From the human T2T-CHM13v2.0 reference genome, Homo sapiens, in the NCBI RefSeq assembly GCF_009914755.1, contig NC_060935.1: DNA of 64,000 nt. The stretch is one strand, 5' to 3'. Position numbers and translations under genes: made by a program. Positions within the stretch are counted from its first letter, which is position 1, and the number at the start of each line of letters is the position of its first letter. Shown piece after piece: positions 1-13,628 of this stretch. A model generated the notes under the pieces. The model saw nothing but the letters and a program-made list of their open reading frames with translations. It was not told the DNA's origin and ran no database searches.

Positions 1-241
1 GGGAAGTATGGCAATTTTCACAGTATTGATTCTTTTTATCCATGAGCATGGAATGTTTTTCCATTTGTTGGTGTCCTCCCATTTCTTTGAGCAGTGGTTT
101 TCCTTGAAGAGGTCCATCAGATCCCTTGTAAGTTGTATTCCTAGGTATTTTATTCTCTTAGTAGCAATTGTGAATGGGAGTTCACTCAGGATTTGGCTCT
201 CAGTTTGTCTGTTATTGGTGTATAGGAATACTTGTGATTTT
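1..241 (-). mobile_element. 5'-truncated L1 (ORF2 segment), continuing left of the window; abuts the A-tail of the next L1
   Basis: Sequence parallels the L1 ORF2 region at 2810-3066 and 60325-60575; it ends at ~241, where the 3' end of another L1 begins. Confidence 0.85.
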
Positions 242-3200
242 TAAAAATTATACTTTAAGTTCTAGGGTACATGTGCACAATGTGCAGGTTTGTTACATAT
301 GTATACACGTGCCATATTGGTTTGCTGCACCCATCAAGTCGTCATTTACATTAGGTATTTCTCCTAATGCTATCACTGCCCCAGCCCCCCACTCCCTGAC
401 AGGCCCTGGTATGTGATGTTCCCCACCCTGTTTCCATGTGTTCTCATTGTTCAACTCCCACCTATAAGTGAGAACATGTGGTGTTTGGCTTTCGGTCCTT
501 GTGATAGTTTGTTTAGAATGATGGTTTCCAGCTGCATTCAAGTCCCTGCAAAGGACATGAACTCATCCTTTTTTATGGCTGCATAGTATTCCATGGTGTA
601 TATGTGCCACATTTTCTTAATCCAATCTGTCATTGGTGGACATTTGGGTTGGTTCCAAGTCTTTGCTATTGTGAATAGTGCCACAATAAACATACGTCTG
701 CATGTGTCTTTAGAGTAGCATGATTTATAATCCTTTGGGTATATACCCAGGAATGTGATTGCTGGGTCAAATGGTACTTCTAGTTCTAGAACCTTGAGGA
801 ATCGCCACACTATCTTCCACAATGGTTGAATTAACTTACACTCCCACCAACAGTGTAAAAGTGTTCCTATTTCTCCACATCCTCTCCAGCACCTGTTGTT
901 TCCTGACTTTTTAATCACTGCCATTCTAACTGGTGTGAGATGATATCTCATTGTGGTTTTGATTTGCATTTCTCTGATGACTAGTGATGATGAACATTTT
1001 TTCATATGTCTGTTTTCTGCATAAATGTCTTCTTTTGAGAAATGTTGTTCATATCCTTTGCCCACTTTTTGATTTTTTTTTGTAAATTTGTTTAAGTTCT
1101 TTTTAGATTCTGGATATTAGCTGTTTGTCAGATGGATAGACTACAAAAATTTTCTCCCATTCTGTAGGTTGCCTGTTCACTCTGATGATAGTTACTTTTG
1201 CTGTGCAGAAGCTCTTTAGTTTAATTAGTGTGGGCGGCAATCCACCCAGGCACCGACGCAAGAGACTGAGAGCAGGAGCTGTTCAGTATAATAAAGAAAA
1301 TATATAAAATAAGAAGAGTTATACTAGATATAGATGATAGATATGATTATATATGAATATTATTAATCATTAGTTTGTAGCAATTACTCTTTATTCCAAT
1401 ATTATAATAATCATCACTCTACAATTATAACTTAGGAGAAACCAGGCCATAGAGAGATAGGAGCTGAAGGGTCACGGTGAGAAGTGACCAGAAGACAAGA
1501 GTGTGAGCCTTCTGTCATGCCTGGACAGGGCCACCAGAGGGCTCCTTGGTCTAGCAGTAACACCAGCGCCTGGGAAGACACCTGTTACCTAGCGGACCTT
1601 GGTCTAGTCGTAGCGTCAGTGCCTAGGAAAAGCACCCGCTACTTAGCAGACTGGGAAAGGGATTCTCCCTTTCCCTGGGGGAGTTAGAGAAGACTCTGCT
1701 CCACCACCTCTTGTGGAGGGCCTGACATCAGTCAGGCCCACCTGCAGTTATCCGGAGGCCTAACCATCTCCCTGTGATGCTGTGTTTCAGCGGTCATGCT
1801 CCTGGTCCGCTTTCATGTTCCATCCTGTACACCTGGCTCTGCCTTCTAGATAGCAGTAGCAGAATTAGTGAAAGTACTAAAAGTCTCTGAAATGCAGAAA
1901 TAATGGCGTAAACTGTCTCCTCTCTCTCTCTCTGTCTGCCTCAGCTGCCAAATTGGGAAGGGCCCCCGTCCAGTGGACACATGACCCATGTGACCTTACC
2001 TATCATTGGAGATGGCTCACATTCCTTACCCTGCCCCCTTGTCTTGTATCTAATAAATAACAGCGCAGCCTGGCATTCAGGGCCACTACCAGTCTCTGCA
2101 TCTTGGTGGTAGTGGTCCCCCAGGCACAGCTGTCTTTTCTTTTACCTCTTTGTCTTGTGTCTTTATATCTACAATCTCTCATCTCTGTACATGGGGAGAA
2201 AAACCCATAGACCCTGTAGGGCTGGTCCCTACAAATTAGATCCCATTTGTCTATTTTGGCTTTTGTTGCCATTGTTTTGGTGTTTTAGTCATGAAGTCTT
2301 TGCTCATGCCTAAGTCCTGAATGGTACTGCCTAGGTTTTCTCTAGGGCTTTTATGGTGTTAGGTCTTACATTTAAGTCTTTAATCCATCTTGAGTTAATT
2401 TTTGTATAAGGTGTAAGGAAGGGATCCAGTTTTAGCTTTCTACGTATGGCTAGCCAGTTTTCCCAGCACCACTTATTAAAAAGGAAATCCTTTCCCCATT
2501 GCTTGTTTTTGTCAGATTTGTCAAAGATCAGATGGTCATAGACGTGTGGTGTTATTTCTGAAGCTTCTATTCTGTTCCATCGGTCTATTTATCTGTTTTG
2601 GTACCTGTACCATGCTGTTTTGATTATTGTAGCCTTGTAGTATAGTTTGAAGTCAGGTAGCGTGTTGCCTCCAGCTTTGATCTTTTTGCTTAGGGTTGTC
2701 TTGGCTATGCGGTCTCTTTTTGGTTCCATGTGAAGTTTAAAGTAGTTTTTTTTCCAATTCTGTGAAGAAAGACATTGGTAGCTAGATGGGGATGGCATTG
2801 AATCTATAAATTACCTTGGACAGTAGGACCATTTTCATGATATTGATTCTTCCTATCCATGACCATGGAATGTTCTTCCACTTGCTTGTGTCCTCTTTTA
2901 TTTTGTTGAGCAGTGGTTTGTAGTTTTCCTTGAGGAGGTTCTTCACATCCCTTGTAAGTTGGATTCCTAGGTATTTTATTCTCTTTGTAGTAACTGTGGA
3001 TGGGAGTTCACTCATGATTTGGCTCTCTGTTTGTCTGTTATTGGTGTGTAGGAATGCTTGTGATTTTTCCACATTAATTTTTTATCCTGAGACTTTGCTA
3101 AAGTTGCTTATCAGCTTAAGGAGATTTTGGCTGAGATGATGGGTTTTCTAAGTATACAATAATTTCATCTGCAAACAGAGACAATTTGATTTCCCCTTTT

Positions 3201-6200
3201 TCTAACTGAACACCCTTTATTTCTTTCTCTTGCCTGATTGCCGTGGCCAGAACTTCCAACACTATGTTGAATAGGAGTGGTGAGAGAGGGCATCCTTGTC
3301 TTGTGCTGGTTTTCAAAGAGAATGCTTCCAGTTTTTGCCCATTCAGTATGATATTGGCTTTGGGTTTGTCATAACTAACTCTTATTATTTTGAGATACGT
3401 TCCATCTATACCTAGTTTATTGAGAGTTTTTAGCATGAAGTGCTGTTGAATTTTGTTGAAGGTCTTTTCTGCATCTATTGAGATAATCATGTGGTTTTTG
3501 TCATTGGTTCTGTTTATGTGATGGATTACGTTTATTGATTTGCATATGTTGAACCAGCCTTGCATCCCAGGGATGAAGCCCACTTGATTATGGTGGATAA
3601 GCTTTTTGATGTGCTGCTGGATTCGGTTTGCTAATATTTTATTGAGGATTTTCACATCAATGTTCATCAGGGATGTTGGTCAAAAATTCTCTTTTTCTTG
3701 TGTCTCTGTCAGGCTTTGCTATCATGATGATGCTGGTCTCATAAAATGAATTAGGGAGGATTCTCTCTTTTTCTATTAATTGGAATAGTTTCAGAAGGAA
3801 TGGTACCTACTCCTGTTTGTACCTATGGCAGAATTCGGCTGTGAATCTGTCTGGTCCTGGACTTTTTTTGATTGGTGGGCTATTAATTATTGCCTCAATT
3901 TCAGAGCCCATTATTGTTCTATTCAGAGATTCAACTTCTTCCTGGTTTAGTCTTGGGAGGGTGTATTTGTCCAGGAATTTATCAATTTCTTCTAGATTTT
4001 CTAGTTTATTTGTATAGAGGTGTTTATAGTGTTCTCTGATGGTAGTTTGTATTTCTGTGGGATCAGTGGTGCTGGATATCCTTGTTAACCTTCTGTCTCA
4101 TTGATCTGTCTAATATTGACAGTGGGGTGTTAAAGTCTCTCATTATTATTGTGTGGTAGTCTAAGTCTTTTTGTAGGTCTTTAAGAACTTGCTTTATGAA
4201 TCTGGGTGGTCCTGTATTGGGTGTATATATATTTAGGATAGTTAGCTTTTCTTGTTGAATTGATCCCTTTACCATTATATAGTGGCCTTCTTTGTCTCTT
4301 TTGATCTTTGTTGGTTTAAAGTCTGTTTTATCAGATACTAGGATTGCAACCCCTGCTTTTTTTTGCTTTCCATTTGCTTGGTAGATCTTCCTCCCTCCCT
4401 GTATTTTGAGCCTATACACGTCTTTGTATGTGAGCTGGGTTTCCTGAGTATAGCACACCGATAAAGAGTCTTGACTCTTTATCCAATTTGCCAGTCTGTG
4501 TCTTTTAATTGGGGCATTTAGCCCAGTTACATTTAAGGTTAATATTATTATGTTTGAATTCGAGCCTGTCATTATGATGTTAGCTGGTTATTTTGCCTGT
4601 TAATTGAGGCAGTGTCTTCATAGTGTCAATGGTCTTTACAATTTGGTATGTTTTTGCAGTGGCTGGTACTGGTTGTTCCTTTCCATGTTTAGTGCTTCCT
4701 TCAGGAACTCTTGTAAGGCAGGCCTGGTGGTGACAAAATCTCTCAGCATTTGCTTGTCTTTAAAGGATTTTTATTTCTCCTTCACTTATGAAGCTTAGTT
4801 TGGCGGGACGTGAAATTCTGGGTTGAAAATTCTTTTTTTAAGAATGTTGAATATTGGCCCCCAATCTGTTCTGGCTTGTAGGGTTTCTGCTGAGAGAAGT
4901 GCTATTAGTCTGATGGGCTTCCCTTAGTGGGTAACCCCACCTTCATCTCTGGCTGCCCTTAATATTTTTTGTCTTCGTTTCTACCTTGGTGAATCTGACA
5001 ATTATGTGTCTTGGAGTTACTCTTCTTGAGGAGTATCTTTGTGGCGTTCTCTGTATTTCCTGGATTTGAATGTTGGCCTGCCTATCTAGGTTAGGGAAGC
5101 TCTCCTGGATAACATCCTGAAGAGTATCTTCTAACTTGGTTCCATTTTCCCTGTCACTTTCAGGTACACCAATCAATCATATATTTGGTCTTTTCACTTA
5201 GTCCCATATTTCTTGACAGCTTTGTTCATTTCTTTTCACTCTTTTTTCTCTTATCTTGTCTTCTCACTTTATTTCATTCATTTCATCTTCAATCATTGAT
5301 ATCCATTCTTCCACTTGATCCAATAGGCTATTTTAGCTTGTGCATGCATCACAAAGTTCTCATGCTGTGGTTTTCAGCTCCATCCAGTCCTTTAAGGTCT
5401 TTTCTACACTGTTTATTTTATTTAGCCATTCGTCTAACCTTTTTTCAAGGTTTTTAGCTTCCTTGAAATGGGTTAGAACATGCTTCTTTAGCTTGGAGAA
5501 GTTTGTTATTACCAACCTTCTGAAGCCTACTTCTGTCAACTTGTCAAACTCATTCTTCATCCAGTTTTTTTCCCTTGCTGGCAAGCAGCTGTGAACCTTT
5601 GGAGGAGAAGAGGCACTCTGGTTTTTAGAATTTTCCACTTTTCTGCTCTGGTTTCTCCTCATCTTTGTGGTTTTATCTACCTTTGGTCTTTGATGTTGGT
5701 GACCTACAGATGGGGTTTTGGTGTAGATGTCCTTTTTGTTGATGGTGATGCTATTCCTTTCTGTTTGTTAGTTTTCATTCTAACAGTCAGGTCCCTCAGC
5801 TGCAGGTCAGTTGGAGTTTGCTGGAGGTCCACTCCCGACACTCTTTGCTTGGGTATCACTAGCAGAAGCTGCAGAACAGCAAATATTGCAGAACAGCAAA
5901 TATTGCTGCCTGATCCCTCCTCTGGAAGCTTCTTCCCAGAGGAGCACCCACCTGTATGAGGTGTCTGTCGGCCCCTACTGGGAAGTGTCTTCCAGTCAGG
6001 CTACATGGGGGCCAGGGACCCACTTGAGGAGGCAGCCTGTCTTTTCTCAGAGCTCGAATGCCATGCTGAGAGAACCACTGGTCTCTTCAGAGCTGTCAGA
6101 CAGGGATGTTTAAGTCTGCAGAAGCTGTCTGCTGCCTTTTGTTCAGCTATCCCCTGCCCCCAGAGGTGGAATCTAGAGAGGCAGTAGTCCTTACGGAGCT

Positions 6201-6709
6201 ACGGTGGGCTCTGCCCAGTTCGAACTTCCCAGCCACTTTGTTTACACTGTGAGCTACTCAAGCCTCAGCAATGGTGGATGCCCCTCCCCCTGTCAAGCTG
6301 CAGTATCGCAGGTCGATCTCAGACTGGTGCACTAGCAGTGAGCAAGGCTCAGTGGGCATGGGACCCACCGAGCCAGGCATGCGAGGGAATCTCCTGATCT
6401 GCAGGTTGCCAAGACTGTGGGAAAAGTGCAGTATTTGGTCAGGAGTGTACTGTTTCTCCAGGTGCAGTCTGTCACACCTTCCCTTGGCTAGGAAAGGGAA
6501 ATCCCCAATCCCTTGCACTTCCTGGGTGAGGCGGCACCCCACCCTGCTTCAGCTTACCCTCAATGGGTTGCACCCACTGTCCAACCAGTCCCAATGAGAT
6601 GAACCAGGTACCTCAGTTGGAAATGTAGAAATCACCCATCTTCTGTGTTGATCTCACTGGGAGCTGCAGACCGGAGCTATTCCTATTCAGCCATCTTGGA
6701 AGTGATCCC
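242..6709 (-). mobile_element. Near full-length L1PA (5'UTR, ORF1, degraded ORF2, 3'UTR) with a ~700-bp internal deletion and an LTR13 insertion; in SLC22A24 intron 2
   Basis: ORF fragments MTGSNSNIIILTLNVTGLNAPIKRHR (EN), RT '[14 protein letters not shown]', ORF1 'QEIQRTPQRYSSRR'; L1 5' end 'cagccatcttggaag' at ~6688-6702. Confidence 0.95.
1229..2233 (+). mobile_element. Solo LTR13 (HERV-K13/HML-4 type LTR)
   Basis: Starts TGTGGGCGGCAA..CACCCAGG, ends GGCTGGTCCCTACA, internal AATAAA at ~2052; 6-bp TSD aattag at 1223-1228 and 2234-2239; L1 resumes seamlessly. Confidence 0.9.
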
Positions 6710-6888
6710 AGGTCACAATTTTTAAATAAAGACTGTCAGATGACATTGAGCATCTAAACTCTCCTCAGTGTCCTTGTGGGTGACATGCTTCAGTGACAGC
6801 CATGGTTGAGTGCCTCCTTCAGAAGGAGCTCTGCCAGGACAAAGGAATCCCCAAACATCTCATCCTCAAGCAAAGTCATCCTAGGTTC

Positions 6889-7195
6889 TTTTTTTTTCTT
6901 TTTTCTTTTTTTTCAGACAGTGTCTCGCTTTGTTGCCCAGGCCAGAGTACAGTGGCATGATCTCAGCTCACTGCAACCTCTGCCTTCTGGGTTCAGGTGA
7001 TTCTCACACCTCAGCCTCCTGAATAGCTGGGAGCTATATAGGTGCCAGCCACCATGCCAGGCTAATTTTTGTATTTTTAGTAGAGATGGGGTTTCACAGT
7101 ATTGGCCAGGCTGGTCTCAAACTCCTTACCCCAAGTGATTCACCCACCTTGGCCTCCCAAAGTGTTGGTATTATGGGCGTGAGCCACCGTGCCCA
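6889..7195 (-). mobile_element. Alu (AluS-type)
   Basis: Poly-T followed by reverse Alu dimer; TSD-like ca(t/c)ctaggttctt on both sides. Confidence 0.95.
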
Positions 7196-7918
7196 CTCCA
7201 TTCTAGGTTCTTAATTTATTTATATGAATATACCACAATCTATTAGAGTAGATTAGTAGATAAATACAATCTATTTTGTATAACCCTTATGTGGTTATAC
7301 AAATGACATTTTAAAATTATTTCACAAGGATCAGCATCCAGGTTAGAGGTGCAATGTCTTCCTATCCTGTGAGTGCCACAGTGCTGCACAACCATCAGAT
7401 TTTATAATGATGACTACCCACTGCACATGAGCACTTATGCTGCAGGTATGAAATGATGGCCAGTCTAAAAGTGCCTCAATAATTTCTCTCACAGGGTCTA
7501 GGTGGTTTAGAACATTGTCAAGGCCAATAACGCTGTTTCACAAATTTGCACTTTCAGACCCGAAGCACCTCCTGCCTCAAACACCCTTCCTCTCCCTGTA
7601 TTGAACTAACTCCTACAAGTAAACCTCAAATCCTGTAATCTACTCTAAAAATCCCTTCCTGAAACTTCTTTGAATCTGATTTGGATGTCTTTTTCTGTCC
7701 TCTTTTATTCAGTACAATGAACAGACTTTTAATACCCAACTATCATTTCTAATTCAAATAAGCATTCTTAATCAGCTGTAGCTTCCTGGAGTCAGAAAGA
7801 GAGATCAGCACATAGCACAATGCAAAGTATACAGTAAGAGCTCAGTAAATATTTCTAAAATAAAGGAATGAATATATCATCTGATAAACAGCCCCAAAGA
7901 AAGTGAGATGACACTCAC

Positions 7919-8022
7919 CTGTCTGAAAGATGGCCATATATTAGACCTCCCAGCAGTGACCCAGCCATAAATAGGGATTGAACCATTGATTTTAGTGACT
8001 GAGATTCACATACCAGGTCCCA
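7919..8022 (-). CDS. SLC22A24: SLC22A24 coding exon 2 ([35 protein letters not shown])
   Basis: 104-bp exon, acceptor ..TCTCTTCCAG, donor GTGAGT; SLC22 signature WDLVC..GHLSDR; in phase with exon 1. Not in the ORF track; read manually. Confidence 0.95.
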
Positions 8023-8774
8023 CTGGAAGAGAAAGAAAGCAGTACAGCAGAGCTTGAGAAGAGTTTCAACTCTTTAGTAGAAACTGACTCCAAACTCCTA
8101 CATATGGTGTACACAATCCTCTGCTAGGCAGGTCCTGCCTCCCTCTCCAGCTTCATCTGCAGGTACTCTTTTCTGGTAGCTCATATTCTAAAAATACTAA
8201 ACTTATTTCAACTTTTCAAATGCATCTGTCTCTCTCTCACCTCCTAACCTTCCAAAATATATATCCACATGTCTACAAGTCTTTATTCCTTTTCCTCTCG
8301 GACCACTAAGTTCCTTTAATGCATTACCTTATACACATTTTTTGGGTATTATAATTAAAAGCACATAAAAACAATTAAAGACTTCAGGTACAAAAATTTT
8401 AAAAATATATAAAACCCCCACAATCTTTCTAAGAAGGCTTCCCTCATCATGTAGGTAACATATGAGCTCTACCTTTGACTTCACTTAGCAGTCTATAATT
8501 CAACTACTACAGTAAGTCTCATCTTTGTCCACAGATTGAATCACCTGAACAGCTTTAAAAATACCGATGCCTAGATCCTGTGCCCAGAGGTTCTGATTTA
8601 CTTACTCTGGGTATCAGTTTTTTAAGTATTGAGAATCACTCAAAACTGGGGCGACCTAGCATAACATTTGCCTAACAGCATTCCAAATACTTTACAAATT
8701 ATAGGTCTTTCTCCCTAGATTAAATGACATAGTAACAGGTTTATGTTTAGTTTGTTTAATTAATTTGCTTAATA

Positions 8775-9814
8775 TTAGGTTGGTGCAAATGTAATTGTGG
8801 TTTTTGCATTGTTGGAATTTGCCATTTGATATTGGAATACATTCTTAAATAATGTGGTTATGTTATCAGTCATTGCAATGGACATTTCTCGCTTTATTTT
8901 TTTGCTAATGACTTATTACTTGCTGTTTATTTTATGTTTATTTTTGACTATGGAAATGATGTTAGACAAAAAGCAAATCCGAGTGATTTTCTTATTTGAG
9001 TTCAAAATGGGCTGTAAAGCAGTGGAGACAACTTGCAACATCAACAACGCATTTGACCCAGAAACTGCTAATGAACATACAGTGCAGTGGTGGTTCAAGA
9101 AGTTTTGCAAAGGAGACGAGAGCCTTGAAGATGAGGAGTGTAGTGGCTGGCCATCGGAAGTCAACAATGACCAGTTGAGAGCAATCATCGAAGCTGATCC
9201 TCTTACAACTACGCAAGAAGTTGCCAAAGAACTCAGCGTTGACCATTCTACAGTCATTTGGCATTTGGGACAAATTGGAAAGGTGAAAAAGCTCGATAAG
9301 TGGGTGCCTCATGAGCTGACTGCAAATAGAAAACATCATTGTTTTGAAGTGTCATCTTATTCTACACAACAACAAACCATTCCTCAATCAGATCGTAATG
9401 TGTGATGAAAAGTAGATTTTATATGACAACTGGCAATGAACAGCTCAGTGACTGGATTGAGAAGCAGCTCCAAAGCACTTTCCAAGGTGAAACTTGCACG
9501 AAAAAAAGGTCATGGTCACTGTTTGGTTGTCTGTCGCTGGTCTGATCCACTACAGCTTTCTGAATCCCAGTGAAACCATTACATCTGAGAAGTATGCTCA
9601 GCACATCGATGAGATGCACTGAAAACTGCAACACCTGCAACTGGCACTGGTCAATAAAAAGGGCCCAATTCTTCTCCATGACAACATCCAACAGCACATC
9701 ATACAACCAATGCTTCAAAAGTTGAACAAATTCGGCTACGAAGTTGTGCCTTATCCACCATATTCACCTGACCTCTTGCCAACTGACTCCCACTTCTTCA
9801 AACATCTCAACAAC
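8775..9814 (+). mobile_element. Hsmar1 mariner transposon, 5' part (left TIR plus degenerate transposase)
   Basis: TA + TIR ttaggttggtgcaaatgtaattgtggttttt; from 8950 encodes MEMMLDKKQIRVIFLFEFKMG..WVPHEL; later YSPDL-coding region (tattcacctgacctc) with stops and frameshifts. Confidence 0.95.
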
Positions 9815-9970
9815 TGTTTTGAGGCTGATTTGAGTAATAATAAAACTCCGGTCTCCTGCACAGCTGGCTCTGCATGAATTATTCTTTCTTGATTGCAATT
9901 CCCCTGTCTTGATGAATAGGCTCTGTCTAGGCAGTGGACAAGGTGTCTCCCCCTTGGGTGGTTGCAAATT

Positions 9971-9988
9971 TGGGAGCTCATCTGGGAT
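9971..9988 (+). other. Retroviral primer-binding site, tRNA-Pro type
   Basis: tgggagctcatctgggat vs canonical PBS-Pro TGGGGGCTCGTCCGGGAT (3 mismatches), 4 nt after the LTR end ..ggttgca. Confidence 0.8.
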
Positions 9989-10184
9989 TGCCCTTGTGGC
10001 TACCTGCCCATGGTTCAGTGGCCCCCTCTTCAGCAATGGATCCAGAAGCCAGCCCAAGTGGTCGCCTAGTTCTCTTGGACTGGTGGCTGACTCTGGTACT
10101 CTCTCTACTGGTGGGGAGCTGCCAATCCAATGTACATGGGTTTAATTGCAATGGAGACATAGTCATGGGGAGATGTCCCTTAAC

Positions 10185-10395
10185 TGTAGCTCTATCAGAG
10201 GGTGTCTGTCTGTAGCCTCAATGTGGTGTGTCTGCATTGGTGAGTATCCTAGACACTGCCAACACCTCCTTCCTTCTCTCGATGGATTCTGTAGCCCTGT
10301 GGTGGGGTGTCTGTAGCCCCATTGCAGGGTGTCTGTTTGTAGCTCCACCACAGGGTGTCTGTGTCTGTAGCTCCATTGCAGGGTGTCTGTTTGGC
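10185..10395 (+). repeat. Degenerate ~25-30-bp tandem repeat in ERV leader (ggtgtctgt..tgtagctcca)
   Basis: Repeated 'gggtgtctg(t)..tgtagc(t/c)cca' units at ~10200, ~10305, ~10328, ~10353, ~10381. Confidence 0.7.
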
Positions 10396-11612
10396 TCCTG
10401 AGGAGGTCTCGGTTGGTTCTTTCTAACTAGTAGGAAGAGTCCTGGTTTGGGAGGCTTCTCCTCAATCAGGAAGATTTCAAGGAGGTTTCTCAGATGGAGA
10501 ATAGAAGGATAGTTTGGAAGGGATAATCTTGAAGTTCTTGGCTAGGGATCTGATTTGGAAGGCCTGCTGTCCATCTCATCTTTGTGTGTGTTTGTATATG
10601 TGAAAGGGATCTCACAAGGGGTTGTTGGTGGAAGTCCAGTAGCCCTACCTCAGAGAACCTTCCTTATTTGTCTGGTTATATTTGATGACCCTAAAAAAGG
10701 CTCAACAGGCCTGTCTCTCATGGTAACTATCTGCTCTTTGCCTTGCCCAGAGATCCCATTGTGAATTACATTTGCAGGTTATCTCTCCCCACCTGGAGTG
10801 GATCAAAGGCAACAGGGACCAACAGGAAAAATGTTTGAGCTTTGCCAGGCTGATATTGGGTACTGAATGAGGTGACTAATGTCTGTTTTGTATGTGTATT
10901 TTGCTGGAATGGAAAATGTTAATTCAGTTACCCATGCAGCGCATTGGGCAGCATCTTGCAAATTAAGAATCTTGTCTATGTTTCCATAAAACAGGAAAGG
11001 GTGATTTCCTCTTTTAAAGTGGCATGAACCCCACAGCTATAGCACAAGTGAGCAGGATCATCAGAAGCCACTCCATTCTTCTGGAAGCTGCAGAGAAAGG
11101 GAAACTGGAAACCTGATATACCAGCAAAAAGGGTAAGAAATTCTTACTGGCCAAGTTTCTGGTCTCTCTCTGTCTTTCTCTGTCTTGGTAAATAGTAAAC
11201 TATCTGTCTCATCTGCAAGGGTTTGATTAATAAAAAAAGGATTTATGAGACTAATCTTAGGCTGTAGCATATCTGGTATAGTTTGTGCTAAGAATTTGTC
11301 TTTCTGTGTTCTGTAATGGAGAGAGGGGTATCAACAGGATAGAACGTGGGTTTAGGACCTCTATAAGCCTGCCTTTCAAGCCAGCTCAGCAGGCTGGTCA
11401 GTTACAAACTTTGCTATGGATCCCTGAAGCCAATACTGTATGAGATTTCTATGTCTTGTTTTGTGTCCTTAAGAGCTCAACCTTGTGACCATGCAGGGAT
11501 TCTTTCTTTTTGTTTCCACCATCCAGAGGACAGAAATTTTGGGGTTCATGTCATAGTCCTACAATTTTTTCCTGACCAGTTAAAGCTTCGCAAGCTTGAA
11601 ATTGGCTTCTGA

Positions 11613-12057
<445 letters not shown>

Positions 12058-13301
12058 TTATTTGTGTAACTTTGCCATTTAATAAGGTTTTCCCCCCCCA
12101 TGGATAGCTTTTGATTTCCTCTGTTGAATTTTCCTTTCTCTGAACTACCTTGTAGAGATTCTAAATCTTGTAAAAACAAACTGCCTACCATGTCTTTAAA
12201 GCACCTAGGAGGTTACCTTTGGTAAAGTTTAGAAATATTGGCTGCTTGGGTAATAAGAGATCTGAAAGGATTTTTTAAAAGAGCACTGTGGTTAAAAGTC
12301 AGCTTAATTAAAAGTGGATAAGCAAGTTATAGGCATATTTAAAAGGCCTTTATGTTTTTCTCTTCTTGGAACTTGTTTTTCTGGAAAAAGCTTTTTTCTT
12401 CTCAGTCAACTGAAATATTTTTCTCCATTTTTTTTTGTCTTGCCACTCTTAATGCACACACGAGGGGCCCTAAGATAATTTCTGGTAGCCTGGAACTCCT
12501 TGGGAAAAACAGAAGGTGCCACAGACACCGTTTCGGAAGAAAGCTCTGTTTTCCTCATGAAACCCCAGGAATTAAAAGCGGATAGATCCCTCTCAAAATG
12601 CTGTGTTCTGTTTCGCATTGTGTCATCTGACAGTTTTGAGTTTTAGGGGTATCAGAAATTACTTTTCATTATGAAAGAGCTTGGTGTGTAATAACTAGGT
12701 AGGAAATATACCTTAGGGGATGGCTAATAGTAGTTATGGAGGAACACTTGACTCTTTGCACACCTGGATCAGAAAAGCATGCTCTTGGCTACCTGGAAGA
12801 TATGGAAACATCCCCAACCCCCACTGAGAAATGAGACTCTCATGGGGGATGGTCTAATTATAAGATGGGCTGATTGGCTGGGTTGCCTTGCAAGGAAATG
12901 CACAGTTGGTAAAAGCACCACACTGACTTCTCCCAAAGTATTTCCCTCCTTTTAGGGATCCGATCCAGGATCCAGTATAAAATGGCACCCCTAATTTTGG
13001 GGATCTGTCTTTGCCTTCAGCTTTGATTAGGCCCTAGAAATGCATGCTCTCCTGGCCCTTTTCCTCCAAGGGCTCTACCTGGAAGCCAGTAATCCAATTA
13101 AGAAACTGGCAAATGAAAAATCTTACAAGTACTGAATATTCTCTTTATCTGTATTTATATGTTTTTTTTTGTGTGTGATATTTATATGTAAAAGAGCTCT
13201 GATTAATTAGCTTAGAAAAATAAGAGCTTAATATTTTGTCAGAAAAATAGAAACTTTAATGACTTTTTGTTCACATGTCTTTAGTAATCTTTTGGAAATA
13301 G

Positions 13302-13628
<327 letters not shown>

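Noticed and set aside
8854-9405. 183-aa ORF resembling the SETMAR transposase domain
   Set aside because: It is a free Hsmar1 copy with TIRs, no SET domain, and a frameshifted, stop-containing catalytic domain; not SETMAR or an active transposase
10185-10395. Spaced direct repeats reminiscent of a CRISPR array
   Set aside because: Degenerate tandem units without unique regular spacers, inside an ERV leader in a mammalian genome; no cas genes
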